Notes under the pieces: model-generated | Databases searched by the model: none | What the model was told of the DNA's origin: nothing | The model's input: only the letters and a program-made list of their open reading frames with translations | Program-made: the position numbers and the translations under genes | DNA from: an uncultured Alphaproteobacteria bacterium | GTDB lineage: Bacteria > Pseudomonadota > Alphaproteobacteria > Rhizobiales > Methyloligellaceae | Direction of reading: 5' to 3' | DNA: 64,000 nucleotides | Assembly (NCBI GenBank): GCA_963753175.1 | Contig: CAVWBG010000002.1 | Location: 1,047,221-1,111,220 of the forward strand | Shown here: one piece after another, positions 22,684 to 33,169 of the stretch | How the letters are laid out: every line of letters begins with the position of its first letter | How positions within the stretch are numbered: position 1 is the first letter of the stretch

Positions 22684-23685
22684 TTTAGTTGCCACCGGGA
22701 AGATGGTCTTCCAGTCGTTCTTCATGTCGACCACGGTCCAGCCTTTGGCGATGGCCTCGTCGAGCGCCTTGTCCAGTTTGCCGACCGACGAGTCGCGATC
22801 ATAGGCGTATTCGCGCGCGGCATCGGTATGATGGACGAGACCCATGAAGCACGCAGCCTTACAATTGGCGGTCCATTCAAGCATTTCCTTGTCGCCGTCG
22901 GAATTGCCGAAGGCGAAAATCGGCTGGCGGCCAATGAAATGATTAATGCCCTCGGGCTTGCCGGGCCCGTCATCGACGAACAGCACCTTCGGCAATTTGG
23001 TGAGAACCGGGCTCGCGTCCCACATCTGATATTGGGTGACGCCCGACGAGCCGATCACCTGCTCCGGCGGAATGCCATAGGTCTTGTCGGCGAAGGCTGC
23101 GCATGAACTCGACCCCGCCGCCGGAGACGATGAAGGTCTTGAAGCCATTGGCGCGGAGATAGTCGAGCAGCTCGATCATCGGTTGATAGACCAGGTCGGT
23201 ATAGAGCACCTTGAAGCGCGGATGCTTGGCCGTCTCCAGCCAGTCCGTCGACCGTCTTGTTGAAATCGACCGTGGTCATGCCGGAATGGGTCGCGGCCAC
23301 GATCTCGACCATGCCCTTCTCGCCCATGGCGGCGACGGCCTTCATGTCGCCGGCGATGACCGATTTGAACGGGTCCTTGGTGCTCCAGTCAGGATGCTTG
23401 TTGGCTTGCGCCTTCACCTCGTCGATGGCGAAAGCGAACTGCGTATAGATCGGCTGCTCGATCCAGAGCGTGCCGTCATTGTCGAACGTCGCGAGCCGGT
23501 CTTTGGGCGCGACGTAGTCGGGGCCGCCTTCCTTGGTGACCTTGGTGACGAAGTCGATGATGGAATTCTTGGTCGGCCCATCGTTCCAGGAGGGCAGGGG
23601 ATCGGCGGCCTTCGGCGAAGGCCGCCGTACAAGCCAAGAAGGCGATCAGTCCGACCAATAGATTTCGAAAGATGCATTTCAGCAT
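22684..23685 (-). CDS. Secreted HAD-family hydrolase / nonspecific acid phosphatase (several frameshifts)
   Basis: FDNDGTLW motif I, VYQPMIELLDYLRANGFKTFIVSGGG and AFGNSDGD. Confidence 0.85.
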
Positions 23686-23742
23686 CGAAGGCCTCCCAGA
23701 GTAACGGCGCGGACGAAAGATGTGCCCGCGCCGCTGTTCTCG

Positions 23743-25455
23743 CTAATCGCCTTGTCGCGCCTTGATGGCAGCTTCGATCTGCTGTTTCACCGCCTCCATA
23801 TTGAAGGACGCGGCCGCCTGCATCGGCGGGAAGTCGATGAAGCTCTGCGCGAACTTGCCGACCTCCTGTTGCACGAACACGAACCGCCAGAACTCGTAGG
23901 TGTACCATTCGGCGAAGTTCATCGAGCCCGATGCGCCGGCGGGCATGCCCGTCCGTTCGAACGGGTCGAGCCTGAGATTGGTCAGGATCGGCCAATCCAC
24001 TTTGACAGTGTTGCCAAGCCAACCGTCCGGCTGATCGGTGAACCGGTATTTGTAGTCGCCGATGCGCACCGCGCCGAGCGTGGTCTCGGTGAAGTAGAAG
24101 ATCTCATTCCGCTTGGACGGCGACTTGCCGGTGATGAAGTCGAGCTGATTGTAGCCGTCGAGATGCACCTTGTAATTCGTGCTGCCAAGGTCCTTACCGG
24201 TGAGCAGCTCGGCAACAATGTTGGGATTGCCGGCGGCCGCGACGAAGGTGGGGAACCAGTCGAGTCCCGAGATGATGCTGTTGTCGATCACGCCTGCCGG
24301 CACCTTGCCAGGCCAGCGCAATATACACGGCACGCGGAAGCCGCCTTCCAGCGCCGTGCCTTTGCCCCCGGCAAACGGAGTCTGTCCGCCGTCCGGCCAG
24401 GTAAAGTTTTCCGCGCCGTTGTCGGTGGTGAACACGACGATGGTGTTGTCGTCGAGACCTTCATCCTTGAGGTGCTGCAAGACGGCGCCGACGCAATCGT
24501 CGAGCTGCGCCATGCCGGCTTCTTCGATCGACCAACCATTCTCGGAGTTGCGCATGCCCTGGTATTTCGGCGAGAGATGCGTGACGATATGCATGCGGGT
24601 CGGGTTGTACCAGACGAAGAATGGCTTGCCGGCCGCCTTCGCCTTGTCGATGAATTCGATGGTCTTGTCGCGAACCACTTCGTCCACCGTCTCCATGTTG
24701 TATTTGATGCCGTCGATGGGATGCGGCGGCAGCGGACCTTCATCAGCGATCTTCTGCTTGCCGATTTTGCCCCAGCGCGGATCGACCGTCGTGTCGTCGG
24801 TGTCGGTGGCAAGAGTGTGCAGCAGATTGCGCGGGCCGACTTTGTCCTTCAATGCTTGCGGATAATTGGCATGGAAGGGATCCTCCATCGCGTCGAGGTG
24901 GTAGAGATAGCCCCAGAACTCATCGAAGCCATGCACGGTCGGCAGATATTCGTTGCGATCGCCGAGATGGTTCTTGCCGAACTGACCGGTGGTGTAGCCC
25001 ATCGACTTTAGCACCGTGGCGATGGTGGGCGCTTGTGCCGGCATGCCGACTGTTGCGCCTGCCTGGCCGACCGTGGTGAGACCAGTGCGCATCGGCAACT
25101 CGCCGGTGATGAAATTGGCGCGGCCGGCTGTGCAACTCGCTTCGGCGTAGTAGGATTGGAACAACGTGCCGTCCGCGGCCAGCTTGTCGAGGTTCGGCGT
25201 CTTGCCCGCCATCATGCCGCGATTATAGGCGCCGATATTGAACCAGCCGATGTCGTCGCCCATGATGAAGAGGATGTTGGGTTGGCCACCCGACGGCTTT
25301 GCTGCCGGCTGCGCCGGCTGGGTTTGCGCGTTGGCCTTGTCGCTACCCACCATCGAAAGCGCAAACAGCGAAACGCCGCTGAGCAGCATCGAGCGCCGAT
25401 CGAGGCCGTGCTCTTCCTCTTGATTGGTGGTTTTTGGCTCTTTGTCGTGGTCCAA
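23743..25455 (-). CDS. Arylsulfatase (Cys-type) with Tat signal
   Basis: RRSMLL twin-arginine motif, PNILFIMGDD, SCTAGRA, GKNHLG and TTDNG; TTG start with GGGAGG RBS. Confidence 0.93.
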   Translation of the reverse strand: MDHDKEPKTTNQEEEHGLDRRSMLLSGVSLFALSMVGSDKANAQTQPAQPAAKPSGGQPNILFIMGDDIGWFNIGAYNRGMMAGKTPNLDKLAADGTLFQSYYAEASCTAGRANFITGELPMRTGLTTVGQAGATVGMPAQAPTIATVLKSMGYTTGQFGKNHLGDRNEYLPTVHGFDEFWGYLYHLDAMEDPFHANYPQALKDKVGPRNLLHTLATDTDDTTVDPRWGKIGKQKIADEGPLPPHPIDGIKYNMETVDEVVRDKTIEFIDKAKAAGKPFFVWYNPTRMHIVTHLSPKYQGMRNSENGWSIEEAGMAQLDDCVGAVLQHLKDEGLDDNTIVVFTTDNGAENFTWPDGGQTPFAGGKGTALEGGFRVPCILRWPGKVPAGVIDNSIISGLDWFPTFVAAAGNPNIVAELLTGKDLGSTNYKVHLDGYNQLDFITGKSPSKRNEIFYFTETTLGAVRIGDYKYRFTDQPDGWLGNTVKVDWPILTNLRLDPFERTGMPAGASGSMNFAEWYTYEFWRFVFVQQEVGKFAQSFIDFPPMQAAASFNMEAVKQQIEAAIKARQGD

Positions 25456-25645
25456 GGCTAAACCTCCCTGTTGCGGCTTTTGTAATTCTCGGATGCCGAG
25501 GCTAGGACGCTCGAAGCCCAAAAGGCAAGGCGTCCAGGGCGATTTAATACAGGGCCTCGATGAACCTATCTTGATTGTTGGCACTTCGAGGCTGTTGCCG
25601 GGTAGTATGAGGCCAGTGTCAGCTTAGGGGTGGGGAGCCGATCCG

Positions 25646-26841
25646 ATGAGGTGCCAGGTTGTAGTTGCGGGCGTCGTCACGTGCCTGGCTCTTGTTCCGT
25701 TGTCTGCCATCGCCGGCCAATACGAAGTGGCCCCGAGTTTTTCCGCGAACCAAGTGCTTGCCAGCGGATGTGTTGCGCAGTCCGGACTATCGCATCGGCG
25801 ACCGCGTTGGGCTGGAGAATTTCCAATATTTGTTCAACGTGGACTCGAAATGGGGTCCGTTCGTCATCACGGGCAGTGATCTGATGCGCGTGCGCGCGCG
25901 CGAGATGGCGGCCACCGCCAAACTCGAGACGATCAGCGGCGGCGACACCACGGTCAATTCCGCGGCGCGCACAGCGTTGAAGCCGGTCGAGACCGCCAAG
26001 GACTTCGTGGTTGCTCCTGGCAAGACCGTCGGCGACACCTTCAAAGGTGTGGGCCGCATGTTCGGTAGCGCGAACGCGTCCATGAACGCGACGGATCCCA
26101 ATAAAGAGACGATCTTGGCATCTGTGACCGGCGGAGCTACGGCCCGTCGTAAACTTGCCTTTGAACTTGGGGTCGATCCGAATACGAGCTTTCCCCCGCT
26201 CAGCGCCGAGCTGAAGCGACTCGCCACAGCAAGTGCGGTCGGCGAGACCGGCGTCAATGTGGGCTTGAGCTTCGTCGCCGGACCGGCGGGCATTGCCATC
26301 AGCGCCGGCGGCACCAGCAACACGCTCACGGGAAATGCTCCGCGACAAAACCGCGGCGGAGTTGGAGAGGGATGGGCGCGCGATGCTCGCCGGAATGGGT
26401 GTTTCGCCCGGAACCGTGGAAGCGTTCTACGCCAACCCGATGCTGTCGCCGACCGACAAGGCAATCATCGTCGAGGCGATGCAAAGTCTCGGCGGTGCCG
26501 GCGGGCGGGAGGTCTTTATCGCCAGTGCCGCCAATGCGCACTCGATCGAGATGGGGTTCTTCTATCGGCGGCAGGCCGAGCTGATCGCTTCTTTCAATAG
26601 AAAAGTGGCGCCCGTTCGCGGCTTCGCGCAGTTTGGCGGAGCGCCGATGCTGGAGACCGGCAAGGGCACCGTCAGCATCCTTCCGGTCGATTATCTGATC
26701 TGGACGCCGCCGCTCGAAGGTCTTGTCGCCGGCGCGGGAGGGCAACGCGGTCAAATCTGGATCACCGGACGCGCGAGCCCGATGGCGACGGCGAAGCTCG
26801 CGGAGCGGGGCTGGACGCTGGTACCCAAGGCCAAGCTCTAA
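25646..26841 (+). CDS. Hypothetical secreted protein (frameshifts near 25770 and 26330)
   Basis: Signal-peptide ORF 25646 joins ORFs 25665 and 26293 into about 400 aa with coding-like composition. Confidence 0.6.
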
Positions 26842-26878
26842 TCATAAGCCCGCGCAGCTTCCGCAAATAGGAGTATCG

Positions 26879-27665
26879 ATGCTCTATCGGATTTACGATT
26901 TGCCGGCGCTCGTGGTGCTCTTGCTCTTCGGGACGCTGTTCGTCGGAACGTGCTGGCTCGGCATCATCTTCCTTTGCCCTAGGCTTAAGCCGCTGCTGCA
27001 CAAGGGATTCCGGACTGAACGAAATTCTCGGCGACTTCCTGCAATATTTCGGCGTGATCTACGGGCTGCTGCTCGGACTGCTCGCGGTGTCGACCTATCA
27101 AAACCACGAGGACGCAGAGAGGGCCGTTATCAACGAGGCGTCGGCGCTTGCCGCGCTCTACAGAGATGTCAGCGTCTATCCAGAGCCCTACGCCACCGAG
27201 TTCAAGGGGATGCTCAAGGACTATACGCGGAATGTGATCGACGATGCGTGGCCGCTACAGCGCAAAGGCATCGTGCCGAGTGGCAACGTGTCCTATGTCA
27301 CGGCATTTCATGCGCGGCTGATCGGTTTTGAGCCGGAGACCAAGGGCCAAGAAGCGATGCATGACGCCTCGCTCCGACAGTTCAACACTTTCTTCGAGTA
27401 TCGGCGGACGCGACTCTACAGCGTCAATGCGGGAATCCCGCCGATCATGTGGATGACGGTTGCGGCGGGCGCCATCATCAACATCTTGCTGCTTTGGTTG
27501 TTCGATCTCCGCCGCGGCACGCATTTGCTGCTGGGCGGTCTCATATCCTTTTTTACCGCGACCATGATTTGCGTGATTGCCCTGCTGGATAATCCCTATC
27601 GGGGCGAAGTCGGCATTCCGCCCGAGGCTTTTGAGCTGATTTACAATCAGCTGATGGTAAAGTGA
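26879..27665 (+). CDS. DUF4239-like membrane protein (frameshift near 27010)
   Basis: GVIYGLLLGLLAV...EASALAALYRD...LLDNPYRG pattern; AGGAG RBS. Confidence 0.75.
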
Positions 27666-27790
27666 GCTGGGTTCCCCGGCCAAAATTGGCCGCTATGGCC
27701 TTGTTTCGGTCGAAATAGGCTGGGTAACCTAGGGGTGCCTCTCAAGTATCGCGTTCGGAGGTCCGCCGTTTACCAGGCGCGGGGGCACAA

Positions 27791-30347
27791 ATGCGACAAG
27801 ACGTCGAGGCGCTCGAGGGATCGAGGGACCAACTGGCTTGTTTGGTCCTGCGCCTTATCGCAGAACATTCGCCATGCGCCGAAACCTTCCTGCTTGCCAG
27901 CGTGGCGGGCGGGGACTCCGACGGTGAGGCCAACGCGTCCGACGTCGCACGCTCAAGGCCTGATCTGCGATGCGCTGAGAAAACTAAAATCACTCGGCTT
28001 CATTGAGTTCACCCAGGAGCAAATCGCGGTCACGGATGACGGTAGGCGATTCCTGGAGGGATCGCTCGCCGGAAGCGCGAGCACGCAACAACGGTCTTCG
28101 TCGAAGCCGGAGTTGCCAGCTTGGCTCGCTCGATATGTGCCGCGAGTCCAAAGTATCTTCGGGAAAGGCTTGGCGGGAGCACGCAAGGTCGCGGGGTCGG
28201 CTTTGCAATTTGGCGGCCGAGCCATCGACAGCGCTTCGCGAACCTGGCGGCACCAGGTTGCTCCTAAAATTGGGCCCGCAAGAACTGCGCTTGGTGTTGG
28301 TCTGTGGCGCTTCGTCGGAGGCGGCCGCGTGCTTGCGAAAAGAGGGATTCTCGTCCTCGAACGGTGGCGACGTCAGCTCGCACCTCTATTGTCGAAATCG
28401 GCGCAAGCCATCAGATCAACACAAGCCAAGCTGTCAAAATCAGCCCGGGCGGGGCTGCCAAAATCGGCACAAGACAGGCTGTCGAGAACAGCACAAGCGC
28501 TGAAATCAGCACAAACGAGGCTGTCAAAATCAGCAGACGCTGCGCTGCCAAAATCAGCACAGGCTACCAGCCTCCCCACCCCGAAGCCCGTACGACATCG
28601 ATATGGGATGTCACCGGAGGTGTCACTGGGCGGCGGTCTCCTTCTTGTTATTGTTGTAGCCGGCGCCGTCGGGTGGTTCTCGAGCCAACGAGGAGAGCAG
28701 GGTGCTCCTGCGACGCAGATCGCCGCCACAGAAGCTGCCGTCGCGCCTTCAGCTCAGAAACGTCCAGACCCTGTCGCAACCGGCTCGATCACGCCGAGCG
28801 CTATCGAGCAACCCCCTGTCACCGGCGAGGATGCTTCTCCGGCTGAGGTCACTCCGCCAATTGCGGAGGAGGAACCGAGACCGGCGGATCCGGTGGTGGC
28901 CGCCATTCAATCGAAACTCAAAGACGCGTCGTTCCGCCCCCGCGCACATTCCGATGATCTGGCCGCGCTTGAAGATTTCTACGCCAAACCCGACGGCTCG
29001 CCGATCTGGATCACGGATACTGGCTTCTCTGCGAAGGCAAAGGCCGTTATCGGCGAAATCGAGAAGGCTGCTGATTGGGGTCTGCCGCAGGACGCTTTCG
29101 ATCTTCCCTCAGCTTCAGAGGTGCCGCCGACAGAAGACGCCAAGGCGATCGACGAGGTCAAACTGGACCTTGCCATTCTCAAATATGCGCGCTTTGCCCG
29201 CGGAGGGCGCGTCAGTCCGGGACGCATCAGCGCGATTCTCGACCAGAAGCCTCATCTGCGCGATCCCAAACTTGTGCTGGCCGAGATCCAGGCTTCGGCT
29301 GAGCCCGATGCCTATTTGAGATCGCTGCAGCCAAAGCAGGAGCAGTTCGAAAAGTTGCGCCAAGCGCTGATCAAAACGCGCGACGCTAGCAAGGCGAAGG
29401 GCAAGAAGCCCGAGAGCGACGCAAACGTTCAACGTCTTGTCGTCAATATGGAACGCTGGCGCTGGATGCCGCCGGAACTCGGCTCCTATTATGTCTGGAA
29501 CAACGTTCCGGCTTTCACCGTCCGCGTCATCAAAGGCGGCAAGTCCATCTACGTGGAGAAGGCCGTCGTTGGGCAGTTGAAATATGCGACGCCGATTTTC
29601 TCGGCCGACATGCGCTCGATCGCGTTCAATCCGGAATGGGTGGTGCCGGACACGATCAAGCGTGAGGACCTTGCGCCGCGCTTGCGTCAGGGCGGATTGT
29701 TCGGTCCCGACACCTCGGTGCTGCGCGAGCACCGGCTATCGGTCAGCTATCAGGGGCGCCCCGTCGATCCCGACTCCATCGACTGGGGACGGGCGAACAT
29801 CCACCAATTCGCCTTCACCCAGCCGCCCGGACCCGACAACGTGCTGGGCAAGTTGAAATTCAATTTTCCGAACAAGCACGCGATCTACATGCACGATACG
29901 GTGCAGCCGGAATTCTTCGACGAAACGGTGCGAAGCCTGAGCCATGGCTGTATTCGCGTCAAACAGCCCGATCGCCTCGCGCTGCTCTTACTTGCCGAGG
30001 ATAAGGGCTGGTCAGCCGACCAGATAAAGTCCCTGCTGGCCAAGGGCAATAACAGCATCGTCACCTTGAACCGACCGGTTCCGGTGCATCTCACCTACTT
30101 CACGGCGGTGGTGGACGAGCAAGGCAAGATGCAGACCTTCGGCGATCTCTATGGGCTGGACAGCCGGATGAGCGCGGCCCTGTTCGAGAAGGGCGTCAAG
30201 TTTGGCGCGCCTGCGCCCACGGTTGAGGCCAAGGCAAATGCGACGCCGCAGCGGCGCAGCGACCCGATGCGCGCGATTCTGGTGGAGGGCTCGCCCAAAC
30301 GATTTCGGGCCTATTCGGCAATTAGGCGGCTGGAGATGAGGTTTTGA
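27791..30347 (+). CDS. YcbB/LdtD-like L,D-transpeptidase with long N-terminal extension (probable frameshift near 27955)
   Basis: NMERWRW, VWNNVP, FNPEWVVP, NVLGKLKFNFPNKHAIYMHDT and SHGCIRV catalytic motifs. Confidence 0.88.
28389..28568 (+). repeat. Intragenic 2 x 90-bp tandem duplication
   Basis: LSKSAQAIRSTQAKLSKSARAGLPKSAQDR followed by LSRTAQALKSAQTRLSKSADAALPKSAQAT. Confidence 0.8.
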
Positions 30348-30439
30348 GCCAAAAACCCTGGACCAATGTTGCGAGAATTGACAGTGGCGCGATGCGGCGA
30401 ACTCGCGCTAATTTCGAAGGGTAAACGAGGGGTAGGGGG

Positions 30440-32195
30440 ATGCGCAGACAGCTATCAGTCGCGATCCTGCTTGTGACGGCTCAGATGCTGGCCGTCAGCC
30501 TTTCCCCGCGCGCTCAAGCACAAGATGCGGCTGAACCGAACGCCGCAACGCCGGCGCAAGATGCCGCTCTGGACTCGTCCGACGCTGTTGCACCGTTGCC
30601 GGACGGCACACCGGATGCAGCTGCGGACGACGTTGCGCCTCTCAGCGCCGAACAACCGGCTCCTGCTGCTATCGAAGCACCGGCCGCCGGCGAGCCGGCT
30701 AGCGTTCCTGCAGCCCTGCCGGCTCCCTGCCGCCGATGTGGTGCCGGCGGATCCCGTGGTCGCTGTCATTCGCGCGAAACTTTCCGATTCCGCTGTCATC
30801 AAGAACGCCAATGCCAATGACGTCGCAGCCCTTGTCTCCTTTTATGGCGCGCGCACCGGAGCGCCATTGTGGGTCACGGACATGGGCTTCACGGCGAGAG
30901 CGCAATCAGCGTTGTTCGAGATCGAGAAGGCGGAGGAGTGGGGACTTACGGTAGCGGCATTTACGTTGCCGCCCGCAGGAGCGCTGCCGCGAAGCGCAGA
31001 TGAGCAAGCCAAGGCCGAGATCGATCTCGATCTCGCTATGCTGAAATATGCGCGGCATGCGCGCGGCGGGCGCTTCGATCCGCTCGAGGTGAGCAAGCTC
31101 TACGATCTGGCGCCGCCGATCCGCGATCCTGGAACAGTTCTCGCCGAGATTTCGACATCAAGCACGCCGGACGCCTATCTTCGCTCGCTGCACCCCAAGC
31201 ATGAGCAGTTCCAGCTTTTGCACCAGGCTCTGTTGAAAGCCCGCGGTAAGAGCGAGGAGGAGGGCGCCAAGCCCACTGCCAGCGAGAAGGACATCAAGCG
31301 TATCCTCGTCAACATGGAGCGATGGCGCTGGATGCCGGAGGATCTCGGCCAGGTTTATGTCTGGAATAATTCGCCGGAGTTCATGCTCTACGTGGTGAAG
31401 GACGGCAAACGCGTCTATGCCGATAAGACTCTCGTCGGCACCTCCGCCTATGCCACGCCGGTGTTCACCGCCGATCTGAAGACCATCGTCTTCAATCCTG
31501 ATTGGGTCGCGCCTCCCACGGTCGTGAGAGAGAATCTGCTGCCGGCGCTGGCCTCAGGAAAATACTCGATCCTGAAGGTGCATGGGCTCTCGGTCAGCTT
31601 GAATGGAAGGGCAGTCGATCCGTCCAGGGTCAGTTGGAGCCGCTCCAACATTCTCGGCTACACATTCAGCCAACGCGGCGGCCCGACCAACGTCCTCGGC
31701 AAAGCAAAATTTCTCTATCCCAACCGGCACACGGTCTACATGCACGACACGCTTCCGGTGCGGAAGAAATATTTCCAGAAGGCGCAGCGCATGATCGGGC
31801 ATGAATGCGTGCGGATGGAGAAGCCGGACAAATTCGCGAGCGTGCTGCTCGCCGCGGACAAGGGTTGGGGCGCGGACAAGGTCAAGTCCCTGTGGGACGG
31901 CGGCATCAACAGTTCGGTTTCCATCGAGCGCAAGATCCCCGTGCATATGGTCTATTTCACCGCCGTGGTCGACGACGACGGCAAGGTTGCGGCCTTTGGC
32001 GATGTCTATGGGCTCGACCGGAAACTTGCTGCCGTTATGTTCGGCAATTCCAGTGGATTCACTGAGCCTCCGCCCGACACGACGGTGCCCGATGCCGAGG
32101 AGACAACTGCTTCTGCTCCCTCTGGGCCGGCGAAGCGGGCCACTGTCAGCAACAACGACATTGCGGGCTCGCTCGGCGGCTTTGCGGGGGATTAG
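30440..32195 (+). CDS. Second YcbB/LdtD-like L,D-transpeptidase (frameshift near 30720)
   Basis: Signal peptide; NMERWRW, YMHDT and GHECVRM motifs; clear paralog of the upstream gene. Confidence 0.88.
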
Positions 32196-32251
32196 CACTT
32201 GGGGAGGAGGCGCGATTTCGCGCCTTGCGTTGTCACTGAAAGCTTGGCGCC

Positions 32252-32629
32252 TTGCTTCGTTCGAAGATCAGTGCCGTTGTGCTCGGAGTGGGCCTCCTCC
32301 TCCCTTGCTTGTCTCCAATTTTCGCTGCCGATTGTCAGGTGATCGCCGCGACCCATGGCGGTCATTGGAAGGGGGAAGCTCTCACCACGTCGCGGGCGTT
32401 GGCGACGCGATATGCGGATGAGCTCAAGCGAAAGATGGGTTGGCGCTCCGTCACCGTGACCGCCACCCAGGTGAAGCCCGATCCGTTCTGGAAGATCGTC
32501 AGGCCGACCGGGGTTCCGGACGGCGTCGTCGTCGGATCGTTCGTCACCTCCCGCACCTACACCACCTGCTTCACCGGGGTCGTCGTGCCGTATGTCTGTA
32601 CGTCTGGATCCAAGATTTGCGGAAAATAG
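32252..32629 (+). CDS. Hypothetical Cys-containing secreted protein
   Basis: Signal-like N-terminus and TTCFTGVVVPYVCTSGSKICGK C-terminus; start codon uncertain. Confidence 0.6.
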   Translation: MLRSKISAVVLGVGLLLPCLSPIFAADCQVIAATHGGHWKGEALTTSRALATRYADELKRKMGWRSVTVTATQVKPDPFWKIVRPTGVPDGVVVGSFVTSRTYTTCFTGVVVPYVCTSGSKICGK

Positions 32630-32670
32630 TGCATCGGCTTGCGGCGTCGCTCTAAGTCTTTGTCTTTGAC

Positions 32671-32713
32671 GCATGATCCTATCCGAAAAGTCTGCAACTT
32701 TTCGGGATCATGC
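32671..32713. repeat. Palindromic intergenic repeat, family A, copy 3
   Basis: gcatgatcctatccgaaaagtctgcaacttttcgggatcatgc followed by tctag. Confidence 0.92.
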
Positions 32714-32757
32714 TCTAGGCTAGCGCCAGTCGGTCCGCCATTCGGGGGAGGGGGACT

Positions 32758-33153
32758 GTGAAGTGGCGAGGGATCATGGTCGGTGTCGCGCTGGCTCTCT
32801 GCGGGTGCGCGTCAGCGCGCATCGCCGAGCGGAACGCGCCGGACCTGTCGTTTCAGGGTCCGCTCCGCTCCGTGAGCCTGTCTTCGGCGCAGATCAAACT
32901 TGTCCAGCAGGGAATCGCGAGCAGCCTGAAAGACCAGTCCGCCAAATTCGGCGGTAGCTACCGAGCAGGCCTAAGCGCCAACAGCGAGACCGTGGTCTGC
33001 GGCTACGTCAATGGCAAGAAGTTCGTGGGGATGTTCGCCAAACCGGCGGAAGGTCCGACCGAGTTTCTCCCCATCGGCGTGAGCATCAACCAGGAGGAAG
33101 AAGACGCGGTAAAGAGCTACTGCCGGACCGACGGCATCTACATGCAGCGGTAG
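32758..33153 (+). CDS. Hypothetical lipoprotein
   Basis: GGGGAGGGGG RBS, lipobox LCGC and VVCGYVNG motif. Confidence 0.7.
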   Translation: MKWRGIMVGVALALCGCASARIAERNAPDLSFQGPLRSVSLSSAQIKLVQQGIASSLKDQSAKFGGSYRAGLSANSETVVCGYVNGKKFVGMFAKPAEGPTEFLPIGVSINQEEEDAVKSYCRTDGIYMQR

Positions 33154-33169
33154 ATTGGGGCGTGTAACG

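Noticed and set aside
22030-23148. Apparent HAD-FGE fusion ORF
   Set aside because: The join depends on one base near 22685, where a TAA lies in the adjacent frame, and FGE has its own indel. Probably two genes.
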